Assembly (NCBI RefSeq): GCF_006345805.1
Contig: NW_021835300.1
Location: 1-41,013, forward strand
Reading direction: 5' to 3'
DNA length: 41,013 nt
Origin: Octopus sinensis
Lineage: Eukaryota
Position 1 is the stretch's first letter, and every line of letters starts with the position of its first letter. This document shows positions 12,721 to 24,952 of this stretch, piece by piece. The notes beneath the pieces are model-generated. The model was not told the origin of the DNA. It saw only the letters and a list, made by a program, of their open reading frames with translations, and made no database searches. A program made the position numbers and the translations under genes.

Positions 12721-13127
12721 AATTTGACGATTCTCAGATTCGTACTGATGGTAATTTTTTAACCAAATTCCTTTAATATACATACGAATCCTTTCCTAAA
12801 TTTGTTTCTTCTAAAACCATTTATATACCAAGAGACAGGCAAGCGGACTCTATACTTTGTCTATATACGTACACTATATCTACAGACGTTGCAGTGAGAT
12901 GATGACTGGGTATAATCTAACCGTCATGTCAGCACACTGCCTATTTATCCAGACAACATCTGCAGACCACGTAGATCTGATCAGTCAACATCTACACACT
13001 ATGTCTATCCAGACGACATGTACACTCCATTGTTTCACCAGATTCGGTCTATATTGTCAAAAGACGATGACGATGCGCAGTCAAAGAAGAAATAAAATAA
13101 GATTTATACGCAAAAGAAAGTAAAGTG

Positions 13128-13178
13128 AAAAAAAGAGCAGAAAAAAAGAGCAGAAAAAAAGAGCAGAAAAAAAGAGCA
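13128..13178. repeat. 13-bp tandem repeat (AAAAAAAGAGCAG) x4
   Basis: Direct reading. Confidence 0.95.
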
Positions 13179-13253
13179 TTGTCTAAAAATATAGAATCCA
13201 TTTAATAATAGACTTTAGGCAAGTAGAGCTTGCCGAATTTCGTGGTAGAATTA

Positions 13254-13302
<49 letters not shown>

Positions 13303-13421
13303 ATGAATAAATAATATATATACGTGTATATGTATGTGTGTGTATGTATATATATATGTATATATATACATATATATGATATATGTATGTATATATATAA
13401 TATACATATATACATACACAC

Positions 13422-13468
<47 letters not shown>

Positions 13469-13499
13469 CACACACATCGTATTACATGTGTTGTGCAAC

Positions 13500-14590
13500 A
13501 TTAACGTCACCACCGATTCACCACTTCCATAATCCGCCGCCGCCACCACCACCACCATCACCACCACTACCACCATCATCATCAACAACAGTAACGACAA
13601 TGACAATTCCAACCACGACCACTATCGCTAACAACAGCAACATCACTACTGTCATCATCTGCAACATGAAAATCACAACGACGTCGATCAAACACCACCA
13701 CCACCACCATCACCATCACCATCACCATCGCAACAACAGTTCTGCCACCTGTACTATAAAGCTGCAGCTACCACCACCAGCACCACCACCTCTACTACTA
13801 CTACTACTACTACTACTTGCAAAACCACCACCACCGCCGCCGCCGCCGCCGTCGCCCCGTGTTTCGTGTTGCATTTCCTGTCGGATTTTTCCAGAATATC
13901 TTGTGTCGTTAGCAGCGGCCATCTTGTGTCCTGACAACGTCCAATCAGACAGTTATGTAATATCGAGCTGTGATCAATAAATATCGATTGACTGAGACAT
14001 ATGACACCTCTCACTCGCTTCTAAGGATGCCTGCCAGTTTTGTAAATAACAAGGGCGGTGGGGTGAGGTGGGGTGTGTATCTGGGGGCTTTTTATTACTG
14101 TATATCAGATGAACCCTGATTTAAAGAGCTTAAAAGACCACAACCACCAAACTGCTGCTGCTGCTGCTACTACTACTACTACTACTACTACTACTATCAC
14201 AACCAGCCATCATCTCTGCCGCAACCACCAAAACCACCAACAGCAGCAGCACCACCACCGCCTCCACTACTTCCACCACCATCATCATCATCATCATCAT
14301 CATCATCGTCATCATCATCACCATTACTACACCCAGCCTTTCCAACACATCACAGCTAATACTAGTGCTTACCACCACCACCATCGCCACCTCAAGTCAA
14401 TCTACAACACCGCCACCGTAGTGCCACTACTACTAACAACAATACCTACACCGACATCATCACCACAACCACAACCACCACCACCGTCACCACCACAAGC
14501 ACCACCGTCACCACCCACCACCGTCACCACCGCCACCACCAACACCTCGACCACTCTCACCAATAATACAACCATCACTATTACAACTAA
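13500..14590. repeat. Trinucleotide mosaics (CCA/CAT/CTA/CTG/CCG) around a ~270-bp unique insert
   Basis: Direct reading; explains ORFs 13324-13980 and 14073-14666. Confidence 0.85.
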
Positions 14591-15029
14591 TAATATCTTT
14601 TCCATAAAAGCACATTATTTGCGGAGAATGTCGCAGAAACTAACCCCTATTGAAACGAACATCTAGACTACACAGAGGATTATACCATATAATATTTCGA
14701 TTCTTATTTTTGTCTTAATGAGTACTGTTGTGTATGTAATGTATTCTATCTTTGAATCTAATGTCTTTTGATGTGTTATTGCAATGAAGAGCAATATTGC
14801 TAAAGAATTCATGGCCAAAGGATAAGTTGGATATGCATTTACTAAGTTACTTAGGATAATCAGAGTATGGTTAGAATTCATATCAATATCTTGCAATTTC
14901 TTAATAGGCGTACTGTAACGGCTGACCGCCCGGTTTCCATGGCGCATCAATGATTGAGATCACAGGACCTCTCTGAGCAGGATGCTAGTCCGTAGCAGAG
15001 GTGAAGGCCAGCAGGTTTTGAGGGGAGGT

Positions 15030-15206
15030 GTCAAGTCGATTACTTTGAACCCAGTTCTTGTCTGGTAGTTTACTTTATTTATCGACCTTAAGGAGATGGA
15101 AGGAAAAGTTGATCTTGGTGGGATTGAAACTCAGAACGTTGAGAACCGGAAGAAATGCTGCTAAGCAATTTTGTCCGACGCGCGGGCAATTTTGCCGCTC
15201 ACCGCC
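15030..15206 (-). mobile_element. M-type SINE, degenerate
   Basis: TTTATTTATCGACC..GGAAAAGTTGATCTTGGTGGGATTGAAACTCAGAACG..TTTGCCGCTCACCGCC. Confidence 0.75.
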
Positions 15207-15299
15207 ACACAATGACATATTTAGCAAGAACCAAATCTAGAGTTATATAAAAACAAATAACCATACTTAGAACTGCATCATCTGTGATCTTTAAATATA

Positions 15300-15430
15300 T
15301 ATATAGTGTGTGAGATCAAAAACAATTAAATACAATAGAAGAATGAAAAGAAGCAATGTTCAGTGATTAAGCACTTGAAAAGAGAGTGAAGTATACTTAA
15401 CGTTTCGAACTATAGTCCTTCTTCAGAAAA
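15300..15430 (-). mobile_element. Penelope-type terminal segment with hammerhead-ribozyme-like core
   Basis: Minus strand 15426-15401 reads CTGAAGA-A-GGAC-TATA-GTTC-GAAACG, then TTAAGTA; CT-rich tract upstream, ends at (TA)n. Confidence 0.6.
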
Positions 15431-15844
15431 GATATGACACGGAAACTTTGGGATAGAGAAAGGGAGAAAGAGAGGAAACGAGAGAGAGAGGGGGAAGGGA
15501 GAGGGAGAGAGAGAGCAATTACAAGTTGATGCTGGTGTGTAGGTATGAGACTGAGTAAGTTTGTGTGTGTGAGGGAATAAACGTATTGTTGAACAGTCAG
15601 GAGAGGTTTAATGCGTGTGCAGAGAGAATTGCATTATTTGCGTTTGTATATGAGTGTGTGTGTGTGTGTGTAATTCAAAAACGTTTTATGATAGAAAAAC
15701 AAGAGAGCTATTCGATGTTAATATCTGTACCGGTACAAAATCTGTTTGTGGTTGTGAATATGAACAAATAAAAAGAGGATTTGGGGAAATGGTAAGTTCA
15801 AGACTGTAAAATCAGAAATGAAAAATAGTCCAAGAACAAACATC

Positions 15845-16035
15845 ACAGAATCGTTAAAGCATCGGACAGAATACTTGTAGCATTCGTTTCAAGTTCAAAT
15901 ACCACCGAGGTTAATTTAGTCTTTCAGGGTCGATAAATAAAGTACGATCCCAGGGCGGAGAATTGGCAGGACTAAAAGAACGTCGGAATTGATGCACCGC
16001 AGTACATACTTCGGCTCTTTGTATTCAAATCCTTT
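15845..16035 (+). mobile_element. Two adjacent M-type SINE fragments
   Basis: CAGAATCGTTAAAGCATCGG..GTTCAAATACCACCGAGG..GGGTCGATAAATAAAGTAC, then GGCGGAGAATTGGCAG..GTATTCAAATCC. Confidence 0.6.
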
Positions 16036-16334
16036 CTTAGCCTACCTGAGTGGAAACATTAATTTATCACCTGGTTTAAAACCATCAATTGCAATCTTGG
16101 TTATTTTTGGCATTCTCCCGTTTGAGGTTATTTTCCCTCTAAAAGTGTAAAAAGGCTTAAAAAAAAAACAAGAATTGAAACTTTACGGGCTGGAGCGACT
16201 AAAAATGGCTGACGGAAGAAGGAACAAAGTCAAAGGTGCTTCTTTTTAGAGGAGAGCTTAGAAAAGGGGAAGAAAAGAATCGAAATCATACACGCGCGCG
16301 CGCTTGTGTGTATGGACGAGTGGTCTAATAGCTT

Positions 16335-16720
16335 TATAGCTGAAAGTGTTCAACAGTCAAATAGAAGTGTGGTGGGGGAGAGAAAAAGAAAGTGTGCGAT
16401 TCAAATGTATGAAAAGGGCAGCGTCTCAAAGCGGTAGAAATGGTCGTTAAAAGGTGTGTGTGAAGGGAAGAAGGATTGAAATGGATGGAGAAGGGAGACG
16501 TATGCCTGGGCAAGTTCTCATGTACATAATATAAGCTTGTGTATGCAAAGGTTGTGTATGTAAGAGTGGGCGGTGGTTTGGGGCGAGGAGAGGGACGACA
16601 GTGGAAAAGAGAATAAAGAAGAATGTGTTGCAGACTGGCGGTCCTCCTCCGACGACTGAAACCAATCAAAGAATACAGGGCACAGCTGACATAATGGAAT
16701 TGATATTGGACTGGCGCGTG
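16335..16720 (-). pseudogene. Possible highly decayed Penelope GIY-YIG remnant
   Basis: YVSCALYSLIGFSRRR, SIHFNPSS and FESHTFFFS only loosely resemble PLE endonuclease motifs; lies upstream of the 15300-15430 terminus on the same strand. Confidence 0.25.
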
Positions 16721-16789
16721 TGGAACTGCAGGCAAATTATTTGCACGCACACACGTGTGTGAAAGTGTACATGTATGAATGTACAGATG

Positions 16790-16835
<46 letters not shown>

Positions 16836-17159
16836 CACATATATACACCAACATATATATATAATATATATATAATATATATAATATATATATATATACA
16901 TACATAATACATACATACATACATACATACACACAAACACACAAACATATGTATATATATATGTATGTATATAAATACATATATGCATATATACATTACA
17001 CACACATATAAACGGTATATATATAATATACACATATATATGTGTGTATATATATATCGATAAATAGGTAGATAGACAGCTTGATTGACAGATAAATAAA
17101 GGGAGGGGAATTGAGGTGGAAACATGACAGATAAATGGTTATATGTATATATATGTGTG

Positions 17160-17215
<56 letters not shown>

Positions 17216-17324
17216 ATATACATACATATACACAGACATATACATATGCATACATACATAGATACATACATATCTACACACACACACTCGTATATATATA
17301 TATATATATATATAGTTTTATGTT

Positions 17325-17409
17325 ATATTTCTGAGCGCCATACTAATACAATTGTTCGTTTGTTTTCCACCTGCCTTCGTCTTTTGTTTATTTTCATAAA
17401 GCTTCCCGT

Positions 17410-17412
<3 letters not shown>
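17325..17412 (+). mobile_element. Penelope-type terminal tail fragment
   Basis: GAGCG..ACTAATACA..CACCTGCCTTCGTCTTTTGTTT..TAAA is shared with 34360-34450; embedded in (TA)n. Confidence 0.55.
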
Positions 17413-17441
<29 letters not shown>

Positions 17442-17477
17442 TATATATATATATATTATATATATATATACTATATA

Positions 17478-17520
<43 letters not shown>

Positions 17521-17692
17521 ATGTATATATATATGCATATACATACGCAGACAGGCTCATACACACATCAGTTCAAAGTAGAAATATATATTTAAAATTA
17601 ATTTACTTTAATTCTTAAGATATTCTGCTTGCTAATAACAATAATTATTTTTACGATGATAATGGCGTGACAATGATATCTTATATTCATTG

Positions 17693-17694
<2 letters not shown>

Positions 17695-17765
<71 letters not shown>

Positions 17766-17870
17766 ATAATAATAATTATTATTATTATTATCATCATCAT
17801 CATCATCATCATCATCATTATTATTATTATATTATTATTATTATTATTATTATTATCATTATTATTAAAT
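17695..17870. repeat. (ATT)n/(AAT)n/(CAT)n microsatellite
   Basis: Direct reading. Confidence 0.95.
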
Positions 17871-18784
17871 AAAATAAATTATTACTTTTGTAATTATTAA
17901 TATTGAATTTATGTATGAACGCGTGTGTGTGTGTGTGTGTGTATGATGTAGGTTGTATATGTTTGTATGTGTGTAGGAAGAGAAAGGTGACGTGAGAAAG
18001 AAAACGACTTTTACAAATAAATACAATGACCGCCAAAAATGCACTGGAAACAAGGTCATCCTCATGATTGTCCTTAGCTGACCTTGCGTAAGTGAATATT
18101 TGATGTGTAAATTAATAATTTGATGTGTAAATTGATAGATACACACATAAATTCACACACACACACACACACACGCACATACACATACGCACACATATAC
18201 CCATTTGCAGTATATAAACTCAAACGCTTATACACACACGCACACACATACACATTCACACGCACACATGTCCTCACACACATATACCCACTTGTGTTAT
18301 ATAAACTCAAGCTCTAATAGACACACACACACACACGCCCTTATTATATATATTTATTCACATACCTACACACACACACACACTCACACACATACACACA
18401 CACACACACACGTATAAGTGTCCATACATTCCTTCTGTGTAACAGTGTCTCACACCCATACTTTTGCGCAATCTCCACATTCTTCTCACATTTCCTTCCA
18501 CCATTATTTTTGCCCACTTTCACCTCTTCTAATCCACGCTCCTCAGACGCACCTAAACACACAAAAACACTTTACATTCCCAGTAACCTACGCCACTATG
18601 ATTTAGCCCTTTCACCCAACCCTCTGCTACCCCACGACCCACCTTATGCTCAACTCTGAACTCGGAGACATTCCTGTACTGTCACATACACCTCCAACTC
18701 TCCTCCCTCAGTAACTCCCCCGTAGAAGCACGTTCTCACGTTGTTCCTAACCCCTCATTTATTCCACTTCCCTTACATTTTTCT

Positions 18785-18900
18785 CTTTCTTTCGATGAAA
18801 GACTAACGTCCGAAACGCTAACACACTTTTCGTTCCTTTTTAAGAGTTAAGCTAATACAATGTTTATTAAACCTTCTTCCTCCTGTGTTGTTCCTTTTTC
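18785..18900 (+). mobile_element. Penelope-type terminal segment with mutated hammerhead-like core
   Basis: 18792-18817 reads TCGATGA-A-AGAC-TAAC-GTCC-GAAACG then CTAA; same architecture as 15401-15426; downstream GTTAAGCTAATACA tail. Confidence 0.5.
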
Positions 18901-19029
18901 TTTCTTCTAGTGTTCCTTACAATAAATGCATGTATGTGCGTACGTACATATGTTACATACACATGCACACAAACACACACACACACAAACACACACATAC
19001 AAACACACACACACATGCTCGCATACATT

Positions 19030-19215
19030 GTTTTATTCTTTTACTTGTTCCAGTCATTGGACAGCGGCCACGCTGACCTTGTGCTAAAATTTGAAACAAT
19101 AAAGTTGGTGGACGACAGAATCGGTGGAGCGTCGGACGAAATGCCATAAATTGTTTACATACGGCACTGGATGTCGGGATTTCGAATCCTACAGTGGTTG
19201 ATTTTCTGCCTTTGA
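19030..19215. mobile_element. Patchwork of SINE fragments (K tail -, M tail -, M head +)
   Basis: TTTTACTTGTTCCAGTCATTGGACAGCGGCCACGCTG | CCTTGTGCTAAAATTTGAAAC | GACAGAATCGGTGGAGCGTCGGACGAAATGC. Confidence 0.65.
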
Positions 19216-19764
19216 ACTTGGCTGGTGGGTAGCAGGGGGTGATGGGGTATTGGTGGTCGTGGTGGTGAGGTGTTGATGGTGGGAGTAGGTTGCTGTTCTG
19301 GTGGAGGGTTACTAAGGTGGGGGGAGTACTAGTGGTGGTGCGTTGGCGATGGTGACGGCGGGTGGTGTGTTTATGATGGTGGTGGAGGGATTTTGAGGTA
19401 CTGGGTGGCGGTGGTGGATTCAATCAATCAATAACACCACACCCCTAAAAATATATTGGCGGCGGCGGTGGCGTTGTCTTATGACAACCAAGTAAATCGA
19501 TATAACTGTTGCTGATCAGCAACGTCCCCTCCTCCCCACTCCCGTCTCCCATCCTCTCCCCCCTTTCCCTCATGCCTTCTCCTCTTACTCTCCCTCTATC
19601 CCCCCTTCCTCACACTATCTCCTCTGCAATTATCGATTTTTCCACGTTTTAAATACGTTGTTTACTGAACTGGAAACTGATAAAGAATCCCGCCTATTTT
19701 TCACTTTCTCTCGGTTGCTGATGTTGTTATTGTTGTACGAAGTGTTTAATTCTTGAGCTTTAAT

Positions 19765-20350
19765 AGTGTGAATGTGTGTGTGAATGTGTGTGTGTGTGTG
19801 TGTGTGAATGTGTGTGTGTGTGTGAGCGTGTGTGTATGTGTATGAGTGTATGAATGTGTGTGTGAGTTGTGTGTGAATGTGTGTGAGCGAGCGTATGTGA
19901 GTGTGTGTGTGTATGTGTGAGTGTATGTATGAATGTGTGTGAGTGTATGAATGTGTGTGTGTATGAATGTGTGTGAGCGTGCGTATATGAGTGTGTGTGT
20001 GTGAGTGTGTGTATGAATGTGTGTGAGTGTATGAATGTGTGTGTGTGTGAGTTGTGTGAATGTGTGTGAGCGTGCGTATGTGAGTGTGTGTGTGTGTGTG
20101 AGTGTGTATGAATGTGTGTGAGTGTATGAATGTGTGTGTGCGTGTGCGTGAATGTGTGTGAGCGTGCGTGTGTGAGTGTGTGTGTTTATGTATGTGTGTG
20201 TGTGTGAGTGTGTGTATGAATGTATGTGAGTCTATGAATGAGTGTGTGTGTGAGTGTGTGTGAATATGTGTGAGCGTGCGTGCGTGTGTGTGTGTAAATG
20301 TGTGTGCGAGTGTGTGAGTGCGTGTACGTGTCTTTTCGTGTGCGTTTGAG
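19765..20350. repeat. GT-based minisatellite with recurrent TATGAATGTG and GAGCGTGCG motifs
   Basis: Direct reading. Confidence 0.9.
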
Positions 20351-20657
20351 AGTGTGTGCGCGCGCACACTTTACTGTTTATATACGTGTGTGTGTGTGCT
20401 TGTATGATGTATGCACTTGCTTATACGCTTTCGTGTGCATTTGATTGTGCATACATGCATGAGTGTCCATCCGTGCATGTATGTATGTGCATATACACAC
20501 ATATATATGTACATACGTATATATGCGTGTATCTATGAGTCTGTGTATGTATACAAGTGTGTGTATATGGGTGCATGTATGCGTATATATATATATATAT
20601 ATGTATATATATACATACATACATACATATATATATATACATATATATACATGTGTT

Positions 20658-20719
<62 letters not shown>

Positions 20720-21239
20720 ACTTTATATATGTGTGTGTATATGCGTGTGTGTCCATGTGTGTGTGTATGCATGTGCGTGCCAGTGTGTATTTATGTGTGG
20801 GCGTGCGTGCATGCGCGTCTGTATGTGTGTTTGTGCAACAGGTTTTGTGTATAATGGCTTTGTTTAACCGGGTGTGACAACAAGAGGGTAGCAGTCCACA
20901 CTGCGTATTACGGGTGGATTGAGTGGATATCGGGTATGTGGCGTAAGTGCACTTGACAGGGACAATTATCATAGCAACACCACCTCCTCTACTCCCACAA
21001 CACCAACACCACCACCACAACCCCCACCCTACCCATTCCCACCACCACCACAACCACCCCACCCATGCCCACCCACCCCCATCTCCTCCACAATTACTGT
21101 TCTTTATGCTGTTGTTGCCGCACGTTATCTGTTATTCTGCGCGCTTTAACATCCCCCACCCGAGGCCGCCTCTATGACTCATTGACAATGTCTCTATAGA
21201 ATAATTACTGATACATTATCACCATGGAAAAAAAGAACC

Positions 21240-21458
21240 TTCAATAACAACAACATCAAAAAATGTATTAAATAAAAGAAAAAAAAGCCTAGCAACCACT
21301 GCAACCACTGCTACAACAACAACAACAACAATAATAATGACACCAACAACAAGAGCAGCAGCAACAACAACAATAACATTGACAATAACGGTAACTATGA
21401 CATCACCATCACCATCATCATCATCACCATCATCATCGTCATCACCACCTTCATCACC

Positions 21459-21489
<31 letters not shown>

Positions 21490-21581
21490 CCACCACCACC
21501 ACCACCACCTCCATCATCATCATCGTCCTCGTCGTCGTCGTTGTCGTCATCATCATCATCATCATCATCAAGATCATCACC

Positions 21582-21612
<31 letters not shown>

Positions 21613-22000
21613 CCTTCATCATCATCATCATCATCATCACCACCATCACCACCATCATCATCATCGTCGTCGTCTTCGTCATCATCATCAATAACAACAA
21701 TGACAGCAACCTCAATAACAACAACAGCAGCAGCAGCAACAGTAATAAAGACATTCACAACACCAGCGACAACATTTAACAGCAAGAAGAACATCAATGC
21801 CAAGAATAACGAAGGCGTTTCAATGACAAACGGAATAACAAGAAAAACAAGAAATGCGGCAGCAGCAACACCGACAGCAGCCACAACGATAACAGCCGCA
21901 ATAACCACAGCAACAACGGTGGAAGCATAGCAACAACAACAACGAAACACATTCACATTAACAACTGCAATAACAACAACAACAACAAGTGATAATAATT
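21240..22000. repeat. CAA/CAT/CCA/CAG trinucleotide mosaic
   Basis: Direct reading; explains ORFs 21219-22115, 21337-21930 and 21395-21754. Confidence 0.85.
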
Positions 22001-22372
22001 GCTCCTTTATAAAATTGAAAAGAACCAATGAAAAAAAAAAGAAGTTGGCACCATACGAAGTAAATTTACCATTTGTGCCATTAATGTCCGGTGAAACCCA
22101 GTAAATAACAAACACACATTGACACTAAATTAAATTACAGATTTCGCTGGGAAGAATGGCGAAGAACCAGTATATTTCTAGTGTAAAGAAGCAAAGGGTT
22201 CGGCCTCTATACTGTTGAGTATCACCGATTTATTGTTCAACCCTGTGGCACTACAATGGGCTCCTCTATTTGCCTGACCAAAACTAAACAGTTTTCAAAG
22301 CAACTGCTTTCACAATACAATTCTGTTTTGCCATCATCGTCATCATCATCATTAGCATTTTCTGCTTTTCTA

Positions 22373-22410
<38 letters not shown>

Positions 22411-22463
22411 TATTATATTATTATTATTATTATTATTATTATTGTTATTATTATTATTATTAC

Positions 22464-23270
22464 TATTGGTTGTTTTCATTGCATTTCTAAGTGCAGTTCT
22501 ATGCATTCTGGGTCTGTATGGTATTTGTTTCGGTTTTGTACCTTTCATTATATTGAAACTCTTCTATACAATACGTATCCAGTGTACAGTAATTCAATTT
22601 TCTCAATGTTGTACATATTATGTAAGTCTCGGGGTGTTGGTCATGTATATGTCCGCATGGATGTTAACCATTTCCAAGTCACCTATTGTTATAAGAATTG
22701 TTTCAGTTCTCAAGGCCCAGCATTCTGGTTATTTCTATTTCAATATCCCATATTTAGATAAGTTCTCCATTTCTTTCAGAAATATATTATCATCTGTAGG
22801 GGTTCGATTAACAGGCATTTCTTTCTCGGATAATCCCTAATCCCGATACCCAGTCTCTTGGCATTCACCTCTCTGTGCCTAAAGTCAAATCCAAGATTAC
22901 CCTTGTTTTGTCACCCTCTCACACCTTTTTGCTGTGTACCCCTATCATCTCTTTTCTCTCGATATTTTATGATGTTGGCACAACTTCCAGTGTATGTAAG
23001 TCACAGCTCTGTTATGTTTATGGATCTATCCTGTTTTCGCCAAAGACTGGGCAACCAGAGACAGCATCATTAATCGTTTTTTCACAATCTCTACATCTGC
23101 AATGATTTTGATGGATTCTGGTGGGAATGTTTCGATCTTATACTGTAATCAACAGTCTTTCGGTTTCAGCTTTTTGTCTCACCCTTCTCAATCAGAATGG
23201 AATTTTTCATTTTGGCATCTTTATTTCCACCCTTTTCAGTTTTATTCTGGTATTGGCCATGGAGAGGTTT
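22464..23270 (-). mobile_element. Old 5'-truncated R4/Dong-clade LINE with (TAA)n tail (22378-22463)
   Basis: Degenerate minus-strand segments resembling PLHGQY, KAETE, CRDCEKT..VSGCP, HNRAVTYIHWKLCQHH, KKCLLIE, LKEMENLSKY, EIEITRM and RTETI; many stops and indels. Confidence 0.8.
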
Positions 23271-23574
23271 CTACTTGCCATCTCTTTTGCATTCAGAAGA
23301 TTCATATTTACCTTACACTTTCCTTATCCTCTCTTTCTTTCTTTTTTTCTTTTTCACAATGTCTGTTAGTTTCTCCTTTCCCATACTTAATCATTTGAGT
23401 CTCTCTTCTGCAGTTTTGGGGGTTTCTTTCAAGACTTAAACAGTTATGTTGCGTGCGTTTTTGTTCGTTTTCTTAATCTTATTTACTGGATTTTTTGTTA
23501 TCCTACAGTAAATATTTTAGCTTCCATTTACTAAATTCCTCTGACAAGGATTTGTTCATCCCCAAAGAAAGATA

Positions 23575-23650
23575 AACGATGCTTGTTCCAAGGTACCGTG
23601 TAGCAAAATCGAACCGGAAGCTACGTAATTACAAAGCCGACTTCTTACCC
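23575..23650 (-). mobile_element. K-type SINE head fragment, degenerate
   Basis: GCTTGTTCCAAGGTACCGTGTAG..CGAACCGGAAGC. Confidence 0.5.
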
Positions 23651-24109
23651 AGATAACCAGACTTATGCAAAGAATTTTCTCTTATCAGATGATTCTTTCT
23701 CTTCGTTTTGTTTTCGAATTTGGTAAGATCAAGAATTCCTCCATCACACCGAATACATTCTCCACACCTCCCTTCTTGCAGTCCACCATTCCGCATTCCT
23801 CAATGTTATATTCTATCATGTTTCTAATTAGTATTTAGATTTCACTTTTTAGGGTTTTTCAATTAAAACCTTTTTTAAAACTAATCTCTAGTTAATTACA
23901 TTTGTTAATTAACTCTGATCATTCCTTTCCATTTTCAATTTGTTTTCCATATTCTTTCTGCTGTTTCATTTTTCCCATTCTATCTTCTCCTGGTTTTTCT
24001 ATGGTATCTTCTACTCTTTCTCTAGGCACCATGATTAATTTCCTCGCTCTTCCTCCTCCTTCGCATCATCATCATCATCATCATTGACATCATCTCAGTA
24101 TTATTATTC

Positions 24110-24306
24110 GGATGGTGAGTTGGCAAAACCGTTAATGCATCGGATAAAAAGCACAGGAGCACTTCGTTCTGAGTTCAAATTCCGCCGAGGTCAACTTTGC
24201 CTTTCATTCCTTCGGGGGTCAATAAAATAAATACCAGCTGATTACCGGGGTTAATGCAATCGACTTACCCCTCGAAACAGCTAGCCTTGTGCTAAAATTT
24301 GTAAAC
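24110..24306 (+). mobile_element. M-type SINE
   Basis: GATGGTGAGTTGGCAAAACCGTTA..GTTCTGAGTTCAAATTCCGCCGAGGTCAACTTTGCCTTTCA..CCTTGTGCTAAAATTTG; preceded by TATTATTATT. Confidence 0.85.
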
Positions 24307-24397
24307 AGCTATCCTCGTCCTCCTCGTCCTCCTCGTCCTCCTCGTCCTCCTCCTCCTCATCATCATCATCACCATCATCATCATCAGTATTATTATT

Positions 24398-24596
24398 AGG
24401 GTGGTGAGCTGGCAGAATAGTTAGGGCGTCGGACAAAAAGTTTAGTGCTATTTCTTCCGGGTCTCTATGCTCTGTATTCAAACTGCTTTTCATCCTTTCA
24501 AGGTCGATAAAATAAAGTTCTAGTGAAGTCCTGGAATCAATAGCATCGTCTAACTCTTCCATCTAAAATTGCTGGCCTTGTGCCAAAATTGAAACC
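24398..24596 (+). mobile_element. M-type SINE
   Basis: GGTGGTGAGCTGGCAGAATAGTTAGGGCGTCGG..GGTCGATAAAATAAAG..GGCCTTGTGCCAAAATTGAAACC; preceded by TATTATTATTA. Confidence 0.85.
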
Positions 24597-24727
24597 TTTA
24601 TTTTTTTTAAGGTCATAGACAAGCAAATCTGTGGTATTGAGCAGAATATTTGCTGCAGACCATCTTTTATACCAAGACAAAATAATGTACAGGATAACAC
24701 TTCCAATCAGTTAAATTATTATTATTA

Positions 24728-24894
24728 AGACAGTGAGCTGGAAAAGTAGTTACGGTCCCAGAAAAAATGCTTAGCGACTTTACGTTTTGAGTTCAAATTC
24801 TGCCGGAGTCGACATTGCCTTCAGCTTTTCGGGGTCGATGTAGTCGACTCATCCTCTCCTCCAAAATGGCTGCCCTTATGGAAAAATTTGAAAC
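24728..24894 (+). mobile_element. M-type SINE with internal deletion and (ATT)n tail
   Basis: CAGTGAGCTGG..GAGTTCAAATTCTGCCGGAGTCGAC..GGGGTCGATGTAGTCGACT..AAATTTGAAAC followed by (ATT)n 24895-24952. Confidence 0.8.
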
Positions 24895-24931
<37 letters not shown>

Positions 24932-24952
24932 ATTATTATTATTATTATTATT

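Noticed and set aside
13910-13950. YY1-like CAAGATGGCCGC plus CCAAT box as a minus-strand promoter/start (MAAANDTR..)
   Set aside because: Short motifs only ~20 bp apart; the downstream frame runs into simple repeats and there is no independent support.
14073-14666. 197-aa His/Thr-rich ORF
   Set aside because: Trinucleotide mosaic with no unique domain, a GTG start and no codon-bias signal outside repeats.
18418-18606. Possible GIY-YIG C-terminal remnant upstream of the 18.8-kb terminus
   Set aside because: Similarity is too weak to call by eye.
21219-22115. 298-aa ORF with a poly-Asp tract between hydrophobic stretches
   Set aside because: Antisense reading of CAT and CAA repeats; overlapping ORFs are open in other frames.
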